Source of the DNA: Lytechinus pictus
Lineage: Eukaryota
Assembly: GCF_037042905.1 (NCBI RefSeq)
Contig: NC_087246.1
Span: 6,326,001 to 6,390,000, forward strand
Length of the DNA stretch: 64,000 nucleotides
Reading direction: 5' to 3'
The notes below the pieces were generated by a model. That model was not told where the DNA came from, ran no database searches, and saw nothing but the letters and a program-made list of their open reading frames with translations. Positions 40,638 to 53,353 of this stretch are shown here, piece by piece (within the stretch, counting starts at the first letter, position 1; each line of letters starts with the position of its first letter). The position numbers and the translations under genes are program-made.

Positions 40638-40969
40638 TTTTGTTGACGTTAATAAACAATTTAATCTATTGACACGCAATAAATACATTTGTGTAGGTGC
40701 ATTAATTGGTAAATGATTATTAATGTCGGTGTCTATGAAACTGAATTTTGATATGATGTAATTCATAGGTAAATCGATCTAGAATGAGAGTTCACAATAG
40801 GAGAAATGATGAAAACTCCTTACTTATCTTAAATTAAACAAAATCGTACATCACGTTTTTTTTTTACTATAATGAAAGAAGTCACTTTCGAAATTGAGTA
40901 GTTTACATCTCAAATATTTCAAATATGTTGTTCACAAAATTTCAAACGTTCTCTCTCAGCTATAGAGCA

Positions 40970-41490
40970 TAATGATAAATAATAATAATAAAAAGAAGAA
41001 GAAGAATATATAGAAGAACAATAATGATAATGATAATAACAATAATAATAATATCAATAATAATAATATTAGTAATAATAATAATAATAATAATAACTCG
41101 TATTTATCCAGGGTAGCTACTCTCAGCTGTAAGCGGTTCTTCCAGTGGGCCCTGCATAACATGATATGTTATTATTACCCTTCTCTATTCTCATACGTCG
41201 AGCGCCTGACAAGAAGGTAGAAGGTCTCATTTTTTAAGTTTTTGGTATGACTCGGCCGGGGATTGAACTCACGACCTTCCGTTCATGAGGCGGGCGTATG
41301 GCAAGCCGTTTTAACATTTAATCCTATTTCTTGATATGTAGAAATGTTTTCGTGTAGTTAAGCAATGGTAATTATTGATATCAAGAAATCGAATTCTTGA
41401 TATCAGGAATTTAATTCCTGATATCAAGAAAAAGGATTAAATGTTAAAACGGCTTGCCATACGGGCGCTCTACTACTGAGCCATCATGTC
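40970..41490 (-). mobile_element. tRNA-derived SINE, family B, with (TTA)n tail, interrupted by a MITE
   Basis: Minus strand after removing 41297-41467 reads tggctcagtagtagagcg (A box) cccgcctcatgaacggaaggtcgtgagttcaatccc (B box) cggccgagtcataccaaaaacttaaaaaatg (central domain, from memory similar to Meta-type SINEs), then ccctggataaatacgag and a long (TTA)n tail. Confidence 0.88.
41297..41461. mobile_element. 165-bp TIR element with 6-bp TSD (cgggcg) inserted in the SINE tRNA head
   Basis: cgggcg|tatggcaagccgttttaacatttaatcc ... ggattaaatgttaaaacggcttgccata|cgggcg: a perfect 28-bp TIR, with internal ttcttgatatcaagaa-type palindromic repeats. Confidence 0.93.
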
Positions 41491-42608
41491 CTATAGGCCC
41501 TCCTCCGTAGCCATATGGTTATGGAATTTGTGTTCTCTTTCCTTGATGTGGGTTGAGGAATCTCCTCAACCTGTTAAAGTGGATGACAGTATAGTTCGAA
41601 TAGACTTCTATAGAGTTACCTCTTTATGATACATTCTTTATGCTAGTCTTAAAATATGATAGGAAATAGCCAATCGATGAAGCTCCAAACGTGATTATAA
41701 AACGAAATGATACATAAACCATTTATATTAAAAATAGGCAATCTTTTATCTCCTTTTCAAATACTCAATTCCGAATTTGTTATCGAGACCCACATCCTGC
41801 TATGCTTCCATAAGAAATGAAAGCGCGCCCTCTCGCATCAATCTTCCTATATTTCTATCAACGAGGCCGCCATCTCAATGAAGTTATCTGCTAATAATGA
41901 CCCTCTTTTTCTATTTATTTTATTAGCGTTACGATTATAGCTACGACTAATGTCATTATTTCTTATTGACTTTCTAAAAAAATCACGAACAATGCCAGCC
42001 TGTTGCGGAATTTGATTTATTTTGGTAATCTGCATTCTCAATTGTGTAATTCTTCTATTATTTTTGTTTTGCATATCTTTATTGCTGTATTCCTTTGAAT
42101 ATTATCATTGCATATTTTACTGATCAACTTCATTGTATATATTTAGTACTATTTTTATTTCAGGTCAATGAAAGTTTATAAAATGAATTTAAAAACGATA
42201 TCAAATATTTTTCATTTTGGTCATAAAATGTACAGTGTGAGATCGAAGCATAATCGAACGTAACACAACTACGCACATCTACTTGGATACAATGTCTAAA
42301 TATAAGAGCAACAGGGTTTCAATTGTTTCTTTCTTTCTTCCTAAAATGACGACAATCCCACACAGATCAAGAAATTCGAAGATATAATGCTCCGTTTATG
42401 ATAATCAATAAGAATAAATGCTAATTATTTTCCACGAAACTTTGTTTTTGCAATTTTCCATAAAAAGGTAATTTGCTGACATAAAAATGAAAAGAAAACA
42501 ATATAAGAAAGAACAAATCTTTTTTATACGTTTGCAATTTTTAATTGCTCTCCATAACCGCCAGGCGTGTCTGACAAATCAGTAAAGAGAATTGTGAAGT
42601 GTGACCTG

Positions 42609-42861
42609 GGCCCCGTCTTACAAAGAGTTCCGATTGATCCAATCAACCTCAACAATGGAAAGCCAGCAATGTCAACATCTAAAATGCATATTTGTTGAAA
42701 TATTTTCTTGAGATATGATGTATATTCATAAATTCATTGTTTTCTTGACAATTTTTGGTGTTCGCCTTTGTTTACAAGGACATTTGCAAATTATGACACT
42801 GATGAATTTCCATAGATTTGCGATTCATTGGATCAATCGTAACTCTTTGTAAGATGGGGCC
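42609..42861. mobile_element. MITE with GGCCCC termini, family copy 2
   Basis: ggccccgtcttacaaagagtt ... aactctttgtaagatggggcc; inverted relative to 6884-7129. Confidence 0.9.
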
Positions 42862-45800
42862 AGATGTACTAACAAAGAGTTCGTCAGGTAAATCTAACGA
42901 TAACACGGACAAGATCATCAAATTACCAATGTACAATTCTCAACCATGTCAACTGGTAAGAAGATTACTTTATTGCGTTGCCATGGTGACCATTCTATGT
43001 CGTCTTTAATAACACAGCGTCAATAGTACGTTCGCTTTTAAAAATAATACTGCAATAACCGCTATATTTTCAAATAAATACATGAATGTACACAATGGAC
43101 GATTTTGATAAGTGTGCTGAAGGATGAAGGAGGTTTGGGCCTTAAATCACAATTTATTGTTGAGATTAGATTTAACTGGTATCGAGTGATTGGTATCATA
43201 ATGCAAAACCGAAATTGGAACGGAAACACATCATTAATAATCCCATTCGATAGAGTGCATATTTTCTTCTATTGCTGGATCCACTTCGATTTGATTTCTT
43301 TTTTGCACATGAACTAATAATTTTTTTCAAATGTGTTGATTAGGTTGATACTGTCTAATCGGTTCAAAAGGACAAGAAGCATCATGCCTAAATTATTTGC
43401 ATGCGAAATAGCAACTCACATGGGATCATGTACAGTATTTCCCTATATTCCCTTTCAAAAAATCTAAGCATTGAATATTTACATTGAAGGACACTCCGAA
43501 TGATAGACAACAAATATCATGTTGTAGCATTAAATCGAATTATGCAGCATAAACCTAAACAAATTTCTCCCGACATTCGTTTAAAGGAATTTCGACAGTA
43601 ATGACATTAATACATAATCCGCCGCCCCAGTGGGGTTGATAGATAAGTGTACAAATATCATGCACGCTTTTTAGATAGTTCCTTAAAATGCAAACACGAT
43701 GAAATTCCAGCGATTAAATATCAAAGTTGAGAGGGAAAGTGCGCTGCCCTCCTGCACTGCGAGCGAGACCACTTCCACCAAGAGTCTTAAACGTATCTAA
43801 TAGCTGATGAGGAATAGAGATGGCGGTACAACCAATGCTTTCCCGAATCACGTGGGCAGGGAGAGCGTTCTTTAATTCCTACCTGTTGAGAGTAGAATAG
43901 TGTTATGCAGTAGAGTTGTGGATAACATGAGTAATTGTTCTAAATTGTTATTTCATTTTCTTTACTTTATATACTGAATTAGATTGATGTACTTTTACTT
44001 TTTCATATTCTTGCTAGTACATCATTCCCATGAGATAAGTTCATTATAATTTTCTTAGCGTGAAAAAAAAAACCGTATGAACAACACAAGTATGAAGCCA
44101 ATTACAGAATATACCTTTAACAATGTTTGAAAGCGAAATGGGAGATTGTTATGAAACCCACCAAGGCTATATGAATAATTGCAAATGAAAATAATTTGAC
44201 GGAACAAACGACCCACAACACAGACGTAATGATAGTTTACACACCTCGCACTCTCTCGCGCACGCCCATCAACCTTAGTATCCACCCACCCTCACACACA
44301 CACGCGCGTATACAAAACGAATACTATATAAGGGGACTGCTAAAATATACTGCAATGAGAATATAATAATTGTTAATTCCCCCATAAGATGTGTAACATT
44401 TTTCTTAGAAAAAAGAGAAGAGATTGAATAAAGCTTTGAAGAATGCAAGATATAGAAAGGGTATAAGGGAGAAGTGGCTATCGACAAAATGGTCGGGGAG
44501 AAAGATGAAAAAGAAAACAAGGAAAAGTTCAAATTAGGGTGATTTTCACGTAGGCTGATTGGCTCATGGAACACGAGTCGTGCAAATGTTCATTCGCTGC
44601 CAATAAAGAAGTCCAGTTGGAGCGTGGCAGTATCGTATCTCGCTTCGTTCTCCTTTTGTCAATAAATATCGAAATGTATTTCGCGTCATTCATGATTTAT
44701 CAACACAAAGAGAAAAGTGAGACGAGCAGATAGAGGAAATGTATATGAAAGAAAAAAAGAAGGAGCGAGGATAAGAGAGGAAAGGGTGTATTTGGTTTTG
44801 CTTAGATAATACAAAACGAAAGATATATCAATTTAATACTATTAGGAAAACTACAACGATTAAAGTCAATATCAATTACAAAGCATGCGGCCATGAAATG
44901 TAAGTGATATTTGCGGATAAAGAAGCAATTCTTCCATAAAGTTTTCTAAAAATTTAGAACATGATGAAGAGAACATAAACAGAAGATAAATGTAATGCAG
45001 ACTTTGAGGATACAAAATAAGTTTGAGAAGAAGGGGGATTTGGTAGGTGATAACAGTGATTATGGAAGATGTATGGGGATGAGATCTTTTGAACTACTTA
45101 AAGAACTATATAGACTGCAGAAAAGGGTTGGATCATAAGTGAGGAAAAAAGGGACATTTTCTAAAAAATGAGTTGAAGATGGGGAGTGGTGATCAGATTT
45201 CTGGAATAAAGAGATTTGGCGTTGTTATTAATCGATCGGATCGTGCCGATAGCGGTGGTTTGCGGTGGCCAGATTTTGGTCGCTGTTTCGCGCCTAAATT
45301 CTCACCACCAGCACGTTATACCGTTTGAATGGCAAACGCCTAATTTAGCTCGATTTCTTCTTCTTTTTCTCTCTTCTTCTTCTGGTTTTACCCCTCGCAA
45401 TATCCTCTATGAGCATGCTGGGATGACAAATAGAGAGCTCAACAGTTTGCAGAGATCATACAAGGGCTAATTTGACTCTTCAACCTCACGAATGAAAGTC
45501 GTTGGAAATAAGCATGTCCGGACAGAGACGGAGAGAAGGGGATAGAGAGCTGAGAGAAGACGGAAAGGGGTAGAGGAGAGAGAGGGAGAGAGAGATAGAG
45601 ATCTAGGCAAATTCCAATAGAAGAAAGAAATAACGATCGGAGATATGAAGAAGAGTAAAAAAGTAGAGAAACAAATATGTAAAGAAAAGGAACAGTATAG
45701 AGAGAAGGGAGAGACAAACAAACATGCAGACAGAGTAAGCATGGTAAGGGTAGGAAAAGAGAAAAAAATTCAGCTTAAAACTAGATCGTGTTATTAACCG

Positions 45801-46569
45801 TGACCGTTTACGACTGTCTTTTCCGCATGCACTCTTAATTGAGCGAATAGTTCAAAACGTATTGGAAGAGGGAAAACGAAATAATCCTCCTTCATGTCTT
45901 TTGGCCTTGAATATCAGATCTCATCGGCATTTCTTTGATGTTAACAACATATGTAAAATCTTCTGGGAGTTTCCGTACGGAGGAGCGTTGCAATTCAAAA
46001 AGTATCGAGTGAATGGGAAGATTTAGACTTCATAAATTATGAGTACTTTCAAAGATTTCCCCGATGAATCATAGTTTTTAATTTCAATATTACGTTATTT
46101 ACAAATATAATACGTATTACAAATTCCCTTTTTCCTGAGATTCAACGGCAATCATTGAATATTTCATAGTAAAGTAAAATGACGGAAAATACTAAATTAC
46201 TTAATAATATAATAGTTGTGTCAGCCAGCTCGGTAAGGTATTAGTAATAAGGCCTAGTATATGAACAAATATCATGAACTTTGATAAATGTCAAGTGCAA
46301 GGAACATGGTTAAGAGTGAGAGTGAGAGAAATTGTATACTTCACTCATCTAGGTTTAGAATATTTTCCAGGCACACCAGCTGTCTGTGGGACATGGTGCA
46401 TTTCGATAGCGAATCATTTGCAGTACATAATAAATTAACAGAAGTAATGTGAAGCTATGTACAGTTGTTTTCATGAGGCTTAAAAGCAACTGCATGTCTT
46501 GTTGTCTTTATATTTAGAAAAACACTTTTTTCAAAGATTCTACACCCTAAATTAATGCACCGTAACTAA

Positions 46570-47730
46570 AACAAGTGGAATGCCTCTGGCGGTCTCACCT
46601 GCATCACGCGATTCAATATAGCAGCAGTGCTGACTTTGAAAAACAACCTTTTAATAATTATTCACAAAAAACACCATTCATATGATACAATACTACGTTC
46701 ATTGACATTTGACCTTGATAATGTGACCTAAAACTTGTCAGTAATACTTGATTACCCCTATATCCACATTTTATACACTGTATCTATAAACGTTGAAAGT
46801 TATGACAGCAATCTAATAATTACCTCTAAAATGGCCAAAGTTCAATGACATTAAATGACCTTTGACTTTGGTCATGTGACCTGAAACTCGCATAAGATGT
46901 TAAGTGATACTTGACGACTCTTATGTCCAAGTTTTATGAACTAGACCGATATACTTACAGGGTTATGATAGTAATTCAACAAATACCCCCAACATGGCCA
47001 ATATCAATTGACCTTTGACCTTGGTCATGTGACCTGAAACTCGCACAAGATGTTCAGTGATACTTGGTTACTCTTTTGTCCACGTTTTATGATCTAGACC
47101 AATACACTTACAGAGATATGATGGTAATTCCACCCAAAAAAAACATGGCCAAAGTTCAGTGACCTTACATGTCCTTTGACCTTGATCATGTGACCTGAAA
47201 CTCGCACAGGATGTTCAGTGATACTTGATTACTCTTATGTCCAAGTTTCATGAGTCAGATCCGTAAACTTTCAAAGTTATGATTGTAATTCAACAAATAC
47301 CCCCAATTTGGCCAACGTTCATTGACCCTAAATGACCTTTGACCTTGGTCATGTGACGTGAAACTCATGCAGGATGTTCAGTAATACTTGATTAACCTTA
47401 TGTGAAGTTTCATGAACTAGGTCCATGTATTTTCTAAGTTATGATGACATTTCAAAAACTTAACCTTAGGTTAAGATTTTGATGTTGATTCCCCCAACAT
47501 GGTATAAGTTCATTGACCCTAAATGATCCTTGACCTTGGTCATGTGACATGAAACTCAGGCAGGATATTCAGTAATACTTGATTAATCTTATGGCCAAGT
47601 TTCATGAATTAGGTTTATATACTTTCTAAGTTATGCTGTCATTTCAAAAACTTAACCTTCGGTTAAGATTTGGTGTTGACGCTGCCGCCGCCGCCGCGGC
47701 GGCAGCCACTCTGCTATGCAGGTGAGAAAA
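46570..47730. mobile_element. Helentron-associated (HINE/pearl/Tsp-like) non-autonomous element carrying a ~155-190-bp tandem array
   Basis: Starts aacaag in an A-run, has the subterminal IR tctcacctgcat (46593-46604) / atgcaggtgaga (47716-47727), six core repeats (tttgaccttggtcatgtgacctgaaactc at about 46708, 46861, 47015, 47175, 47338 and 47530) and a (GCC)n microsatellite near the end. No TSD. Confidence 0.82.
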
Positions 47731-48332
47731 AAAAATGAGCAAAACGCACATTTTGCTGTTGATTGCACCCGTTTATGCTCGTTTGCACCCACCTTTTAGG
47801 ATGCATATTATGTTAGGTTAAAAAGGTTCAAATTTGCACCGACCTTAAAGGGTTCATAACTTTGTGCATCTTCTGATTGCTTTTCTTGCTGCTATTGTAC
47901 AAAATCCTCAGATGTAAATTATAATCTATTTCCTTAGTGGATCAATTATTTCTCAGATGTAAGAAATTCCCCCATACATCTTTCAAGCACAATAGCAATT
48001 TAATTCGCCTTATCTAAGATACAGAATTTAAGATTTGACTGAGTGTTCAGAAAGATCACAGTCTCCTAGTTTCTCAAAATTTCTGGTTCGCGTGTTAAGT
48101 GTTTCTTTTAGCCTTCACTTTATATTGTTTCTCAGATCGTTTTAAGTCGGATAAGCGGCAAAGAGTTTGGAGATTATATACTCCTTTAACTTTTCATAAC
48201 CTTCTCCACTAGTTTTTTTTTTAAACGATTACAAATATATATTGTACTTCTCTGTGACAGTTCGGGGTTCTTCTTTATCAATTCATTACATGTATATCGG
48301 ATTCGGGATAGGCCTAGATATTTTCTACTTAA

Positions 48333-48936
48333 AGGACAAGTCCACCCCAACAAAAAGTTAATTTGAAAAAAGGAGAAAAATCCAACAAGCAAAACACTGA
48401 AAATCTCATCAAAATTGAAAGTAAAATAAGAAAGTTATGACATTTTAAAGTTTCGCTTAATTTCACAAAACAGTTATATGCACATCCTGGTCTGTATGCA
48501 AATTGGCAGACAGATGACGTCACACATTTACTATTTCTTTTGTTTTTTATTATATGAAATATGAAGTATTCTAATTTTCTCCTCCTTGTCAAGTGAAACA
48601 AAGTTTTATTTCTCCCTGAATATGTGAAATTACCATTATTTTATCAGTTAATGGTTAAGTTAAGTTGGTCCTTAATGTCAAATTTGAAAAAATTGATATA
48701 TTGTATTGTTCAAACAATAAAAAACAAAAGAAATAGTGAGTGATGGACATCATCGACTCTCTCATTTGCATAACACTGAGTTGTGCATTTAACTGTTTTT
48801 TTTTTAAATAAGCGAAAATTAAAAATGTCATAACTTTCTTATTTTATATCCGATTTTGATGAAGTTTGCAGCGTTATGTTTGTTTGATTTTTCTTTATCG
48901 ATTCAAATCAACAAATTTCTGGGGTGGACTTGACCT
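48333..48936. mobile_element. TTAA-targeting MITE with AGG termini (Kolobok-like), copy 1
   Basis: ttaa|aggacaagtccacccca ... tggggtggacttgacct|ttaa; the imperfect inverted arms extend well inward. Confidence 0.92.
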
Positions 48937-50027
48937 TTAAGAATATAAGAAAATGCTGAATAATAAAAACAAATGTTTAAATACAAACAATTAGCACAAA
49001 GAGACATGTCAAAAGAAAAATACCAAGAAAAGCAAGTATTCCTTGAAATCTAGGGTAGTATAATTGGACCAGTTGTCTCCGAGTAACCTCTTATTCATCT
49101 TCTCATGAGGATGATGTGAAGTGGAGTAAAAGTTATCCCTAATCGCCCCGGGGAATCCACCATCGATTTGACAACGTTGCGTCAAGCCTTTCTCGACTGC
49201 GCATGCGTGGTTCGACTATACCTACACTGCAATAGGATATGGATTTATTGCACACAAAACAATTAGAGTAGAGAGGTAAGTAGAGAGGTAAGTAACGAAA
49301 CTATGAATATCAATAGAACTCATGCATTTGGAATAAGTAGAGATACTTAACACATCTAAAATGAGATTCCTGGTGCCTCATAAGGCAAGGAAAAATGGAA
49401 GCCACTATACGAACTCCCATGGTCAGTGAGTTCAAGTACTTTCAAGAATTGGGGCATTAAGGACATTCCACAGTTAAAATGAAATCCATGCCATTTTCAC
49501 CAAACTTTGCACATAGATATTTTAGCAGCTTCAAAGTTCACCCACATGGATTTTCTTGAATATTGCGCATTCAAAAGAACTTGGCATTTTTAGACCTCAC
49601 GAGATCACTACAATGAGTTTAAACCTCTAATACTAAGTCAAAATCCATGAAAATTTCTTCAAATTTCGCAATGTAGTTAATGATTGTATCTTTAAGATGG
49701 AAATTTCATTTATATCGCTATTTGTTTGCTTTTTTATGTCTAACAGCACTGTCAGTTATTAAAAATGGTGTGAAAGATAACAAAGACCCAATCTAAAAAA
49801 TGTGAAATTTCAATAACAAACTTCAGTAGTACGATAAATGCTGCACTGTATTAAAAACCCATGTCATTTTCACAAAACTTTGCAAGGTTGTAGAGGAAGG
49901 TATACCTAAGAGGTGCAAACATTAAAAATAGGGGTTCATGAGCTTGTTTTCGAACTATCAGCACTTTTGTTAGAGCATATGTGCTTTACTGCTTTGTAAC
50001 AAACCAAAAACGCGCCAAATGCTTTGT

Positions 50028-50495
50028 GGTGTCACGCGCGTAAAACATTCCCCATAGAATTGTGTGTTAAAATGGCACTTTTGAAAAATTCATAAAAAAT
50101 AAATGTAAAATTAGAGGGTGGAATGTTTACTACCATTTGATAAGATACATATTTGACATTCCATATCTGACCAGGAAAGGGTACCGTAGCCTGCTCATTT
50201 TAAAAATAAATCGCCATTTATGAAGGTAACTATGAATGGATCAAATTCATCAACTGAAACAGTAATATAGCCCTAATTCTTCCGCCAGTCAAACAATAGT
50301 TCCAAGTCACTTATTTATCTTCCCAATTTGGGCGAAGGAATTTCACTAGTTACCATCCCAAGAATCAGAGTTAGATTTTCAATCATAATCAATGCACTTT
50401 TGTCAATCAGCTATATCAAATTAAAAAAAAATTGAATGGGTTGGGTCGAATGAATATCTTATGCCTTCCTGTTGTAATAAGGCTCATGCAACCTT
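50028..50495 (+). repeat. ~470-bp direct repeat, copy 1
   Basis: ggtgtcacgcgcgtaaaac...ggctcatgcaacctt matches 53354-53930 with about 25 differences by eye. Confidence 0.95.
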
Positions 50496-50678
50496 TATTA
50501 TATGAGCTATGATTTTTTTTTTTAAATAGCTACTTTACTATTCTTTTATATCTGTACACTCACACTAGCACAAAGAAATGCATTGAAAATGCCTATTTCT
50601 ATGCAATGACCCATGTTAATGTGTTACTCTTACATGTTATGATCACTATATGGATGTACACATATCCTACCTGCATAT

Positions 50679-52536
50679 GGCAGTTTATAATCACTCGCGT
50701 CGCGTGCGGGTTCGTAATCACTCGCGTTATGAATTTTTGGCGATTCTTTTTATTTCGGTGCGATTTTTTTTAAACGGTGTCTTCAATGGGACAGACATGC
50801 AGGGAAAATAAAATGAAATTGAAATTCGAGTTTCGTTTTAAGCCGGCAAGTAAGTGCCTTAAAATACAATGTACTCGACTACTGTTTTAACATAACAAGC
50901 AAATCAGCCATGTGGCTCAACTAACTTAGAATAGATCCGGACTTCTACTGTGTCTTATACGAGGACTCCGAGTCGGAACTTGCCATATCTGCCACATCGA
51001 TATTACATCGTATCATTCCCATATGCGGACATGCCTGCATGCAATGGCCCCAAGGCGGCCGGACCCGGCCGCGGTCGGACACGACGTGCATCGGTAGCAT
51101 GGAGCAAGCTAACGTGAGTCGAGCTGAGTTAGATCCCACGTTATATATGAGGCGCCGATTGTACCAATATTATATAGAACAATTATTTGTTATATAATCA
51201 TTATTCATTAAATAATAAATATTATTTATATATAATTTACATTCTATTTGTAAATAATTACTATTATATAAAATAACATTTCTAATTATTTATATATAAT
51301 TCCAAGTAATACTTCATTACTTGTAAATAATAATAGTTCGACATTCCATTATTTATAAATAATGATTATTTGTTTTTCATTATCTATAAATAATAATTTT
51401 TGTGTTTCATTATTTATAAATAATGACACTGCATACTTCATTATTTATGAATAATTGCAATTCGTTTTTTATTATTTATAAATAAGTTTGTCGAGTTTTC
51501 TATTATTTGTAAATGATAATTATCTATTAACAATGCCAGTGCACATTTCTTTATTTATAAATAATTTGTTGAGTTTCCCATTATTTATAAATAATGAAAA
51601 TTCATCGTGTTTCATTATTTATAAATATCATTTTTGTTTGAATATCCCATTATTTATAAATAATCATTATTTATAAACGATTTTTACAGTTTGCCATTAT
51701 ATACAAATAACCATTATTTATAAATAATGAAAAACAAATAATCATTATTTATAAATAATGAAAAACAAATAATCATTATTTATAAATAATGAAAAACAAA
51801 TAATCATTATTTATAAATAATGAAAAACAAATAATCATTATTTATAAATAATAGAATGTCGAACTTGTATTATTTACAAATAATGAAGTATTACTTGGAA
51901 TTATATATAAAATAATTAGAAATGTTATTTTATATAATAGTAATTATTTACAAATAGAATGTAAATTATATATAAATAAAAGTTATTATTTAATGAATAA
52001 AGATTATGTAACAAATAATTGTTCTATATAATATTGGTACAATCGGCGCCTCATATGTAACGTGGGATCTAACTCAGCTCGACTCACGTTAGCTTGCTCC
52101 ATGCTACCGATGCACGTCGTGTCCGACCGCGGCCGGGTCCGGCCGCCTTGGGGCCATTGCATGCAGGCATGTCCGCATATATATGGGAATGATACGATGT
52201 AATATCGATGTGGCAGATATGGCAAGTTCCGATTCGGAGTCCTCGTATAGACACAGTAGAAGTCCGGATCTATTCTAAGTTAGTTGAGCCACATGGCTGA
52301 TTTGCTTGTTTGTTATGTTAAAACAGTAGTCGAGTACATCTTATTTAAGGCACTTGCCGGCTTAAAACGAAACTCGAATTTCAATTTCATTTTATTTTCC
52401 CAGCGTGTTTGTCCCATTGAAGACACCGTTAGAAAAAAAATCGCACCGAAATGAAAAAAAATCGCCAAAAATAAAAAACGCGTGTGATTACCAACGCGAC
52501 GCGAGTGATTACCAACGCGAGTGAATATAATAAGCC
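50679..52536. mobile_element. 1.86-kb foldback transposon with ~700-bp inverted arms and 8-bp TSD
   Basis: TSD ctgcatat at 50671-50678 and 52537-52544, with GGC...GCC termini. Arms are reverse-complementary from 50679 to about 51390 and about 51800 to 52536. The AT-only centre is built of ~31-bp repeats. Confidence 0.93.
51340..51855. repeat. ~31-bp AT-rich tandem array built on the palindrome cattatttataaataatg
   Basis: About 4 perfect copies of cattatttataaataatgaaaaacaaataat at about 51712-51850, plus degenerate copies to the left. Confidence 0.92.
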
Positions 52537-52797
52537 CTGCATATAGCCCAACAGTGAATGCAACGACCATATAGGGCCCTGTTCTCCTTGGAATATAAAG
52601 GTGTAGTTATGTAAAATTTGAGTAAATATCAGGATAACAGAACTGCCCCCAACATAATTACCAGATATACATGAGATTGAATGAGGAAACAATAAAAGAA
52701 TGAGAACATAATACTTTAGTACATTTGCATATGACCTTTTTATCAAAATCTTCCTTGGGCTATGGCCTATCAGATGTAAGAAGGGTTAAATACATAA

Positions 52798-52828
<31 letters not shown>

Positions 52829-53353
52829 TAATTTAATAGATGGCATGGCTTATAAAGAGGGGGGGGGGCTAGACTAAGATGGGAGCACATACAGCCACTC
52901 CCCCCTCCTTAGTTGAGCACTATTAGATACCTTACCCTTACTCTGTGCCCTAATTTGTCTAAATCAACCTTCTTGAATGTACCACTCTTCCCTTCAGTGT
53001 AAAGTTCTCAAAGTTCTATTTCCTCTCTACCCCCTTCCAAAGAACAATTTTAACATGAGCAATTTGTAAAGGTCTTTCTTACATTAAGTAGGTGATGTAC
53101 ACTAACATAATACAATGATAAATCAGAACATAAAGAGGCCTAGACTCTATACATTGACCAGTCTACATACATTCCTAGGCTTACATATACACAGACCTAC
53201 TAACTTTACCTGATATAGCCTTGCTAGCCATTAAATCCATTTGTTTGCACCACTTGATGACTAAACATATTGATATCAGTGAGAAATTGTTTGCTACTAA
53301 AGAGTATGGCAAGGTATTCCATCCACTACTAGGGAATTCCCTTATTACTTATA

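Noticed and set aside
39747..41162. poly-T/M/V/I/L ORFs
   Set aside because: They come from trinucleotide microsatellites and a SINE tail.
50945..52225. mirror ORFs in the foldback arms as transposase
   Set aside because: They are short, have no DDE or zinc-finger motif, and arise from the GC-rich arm sequence.
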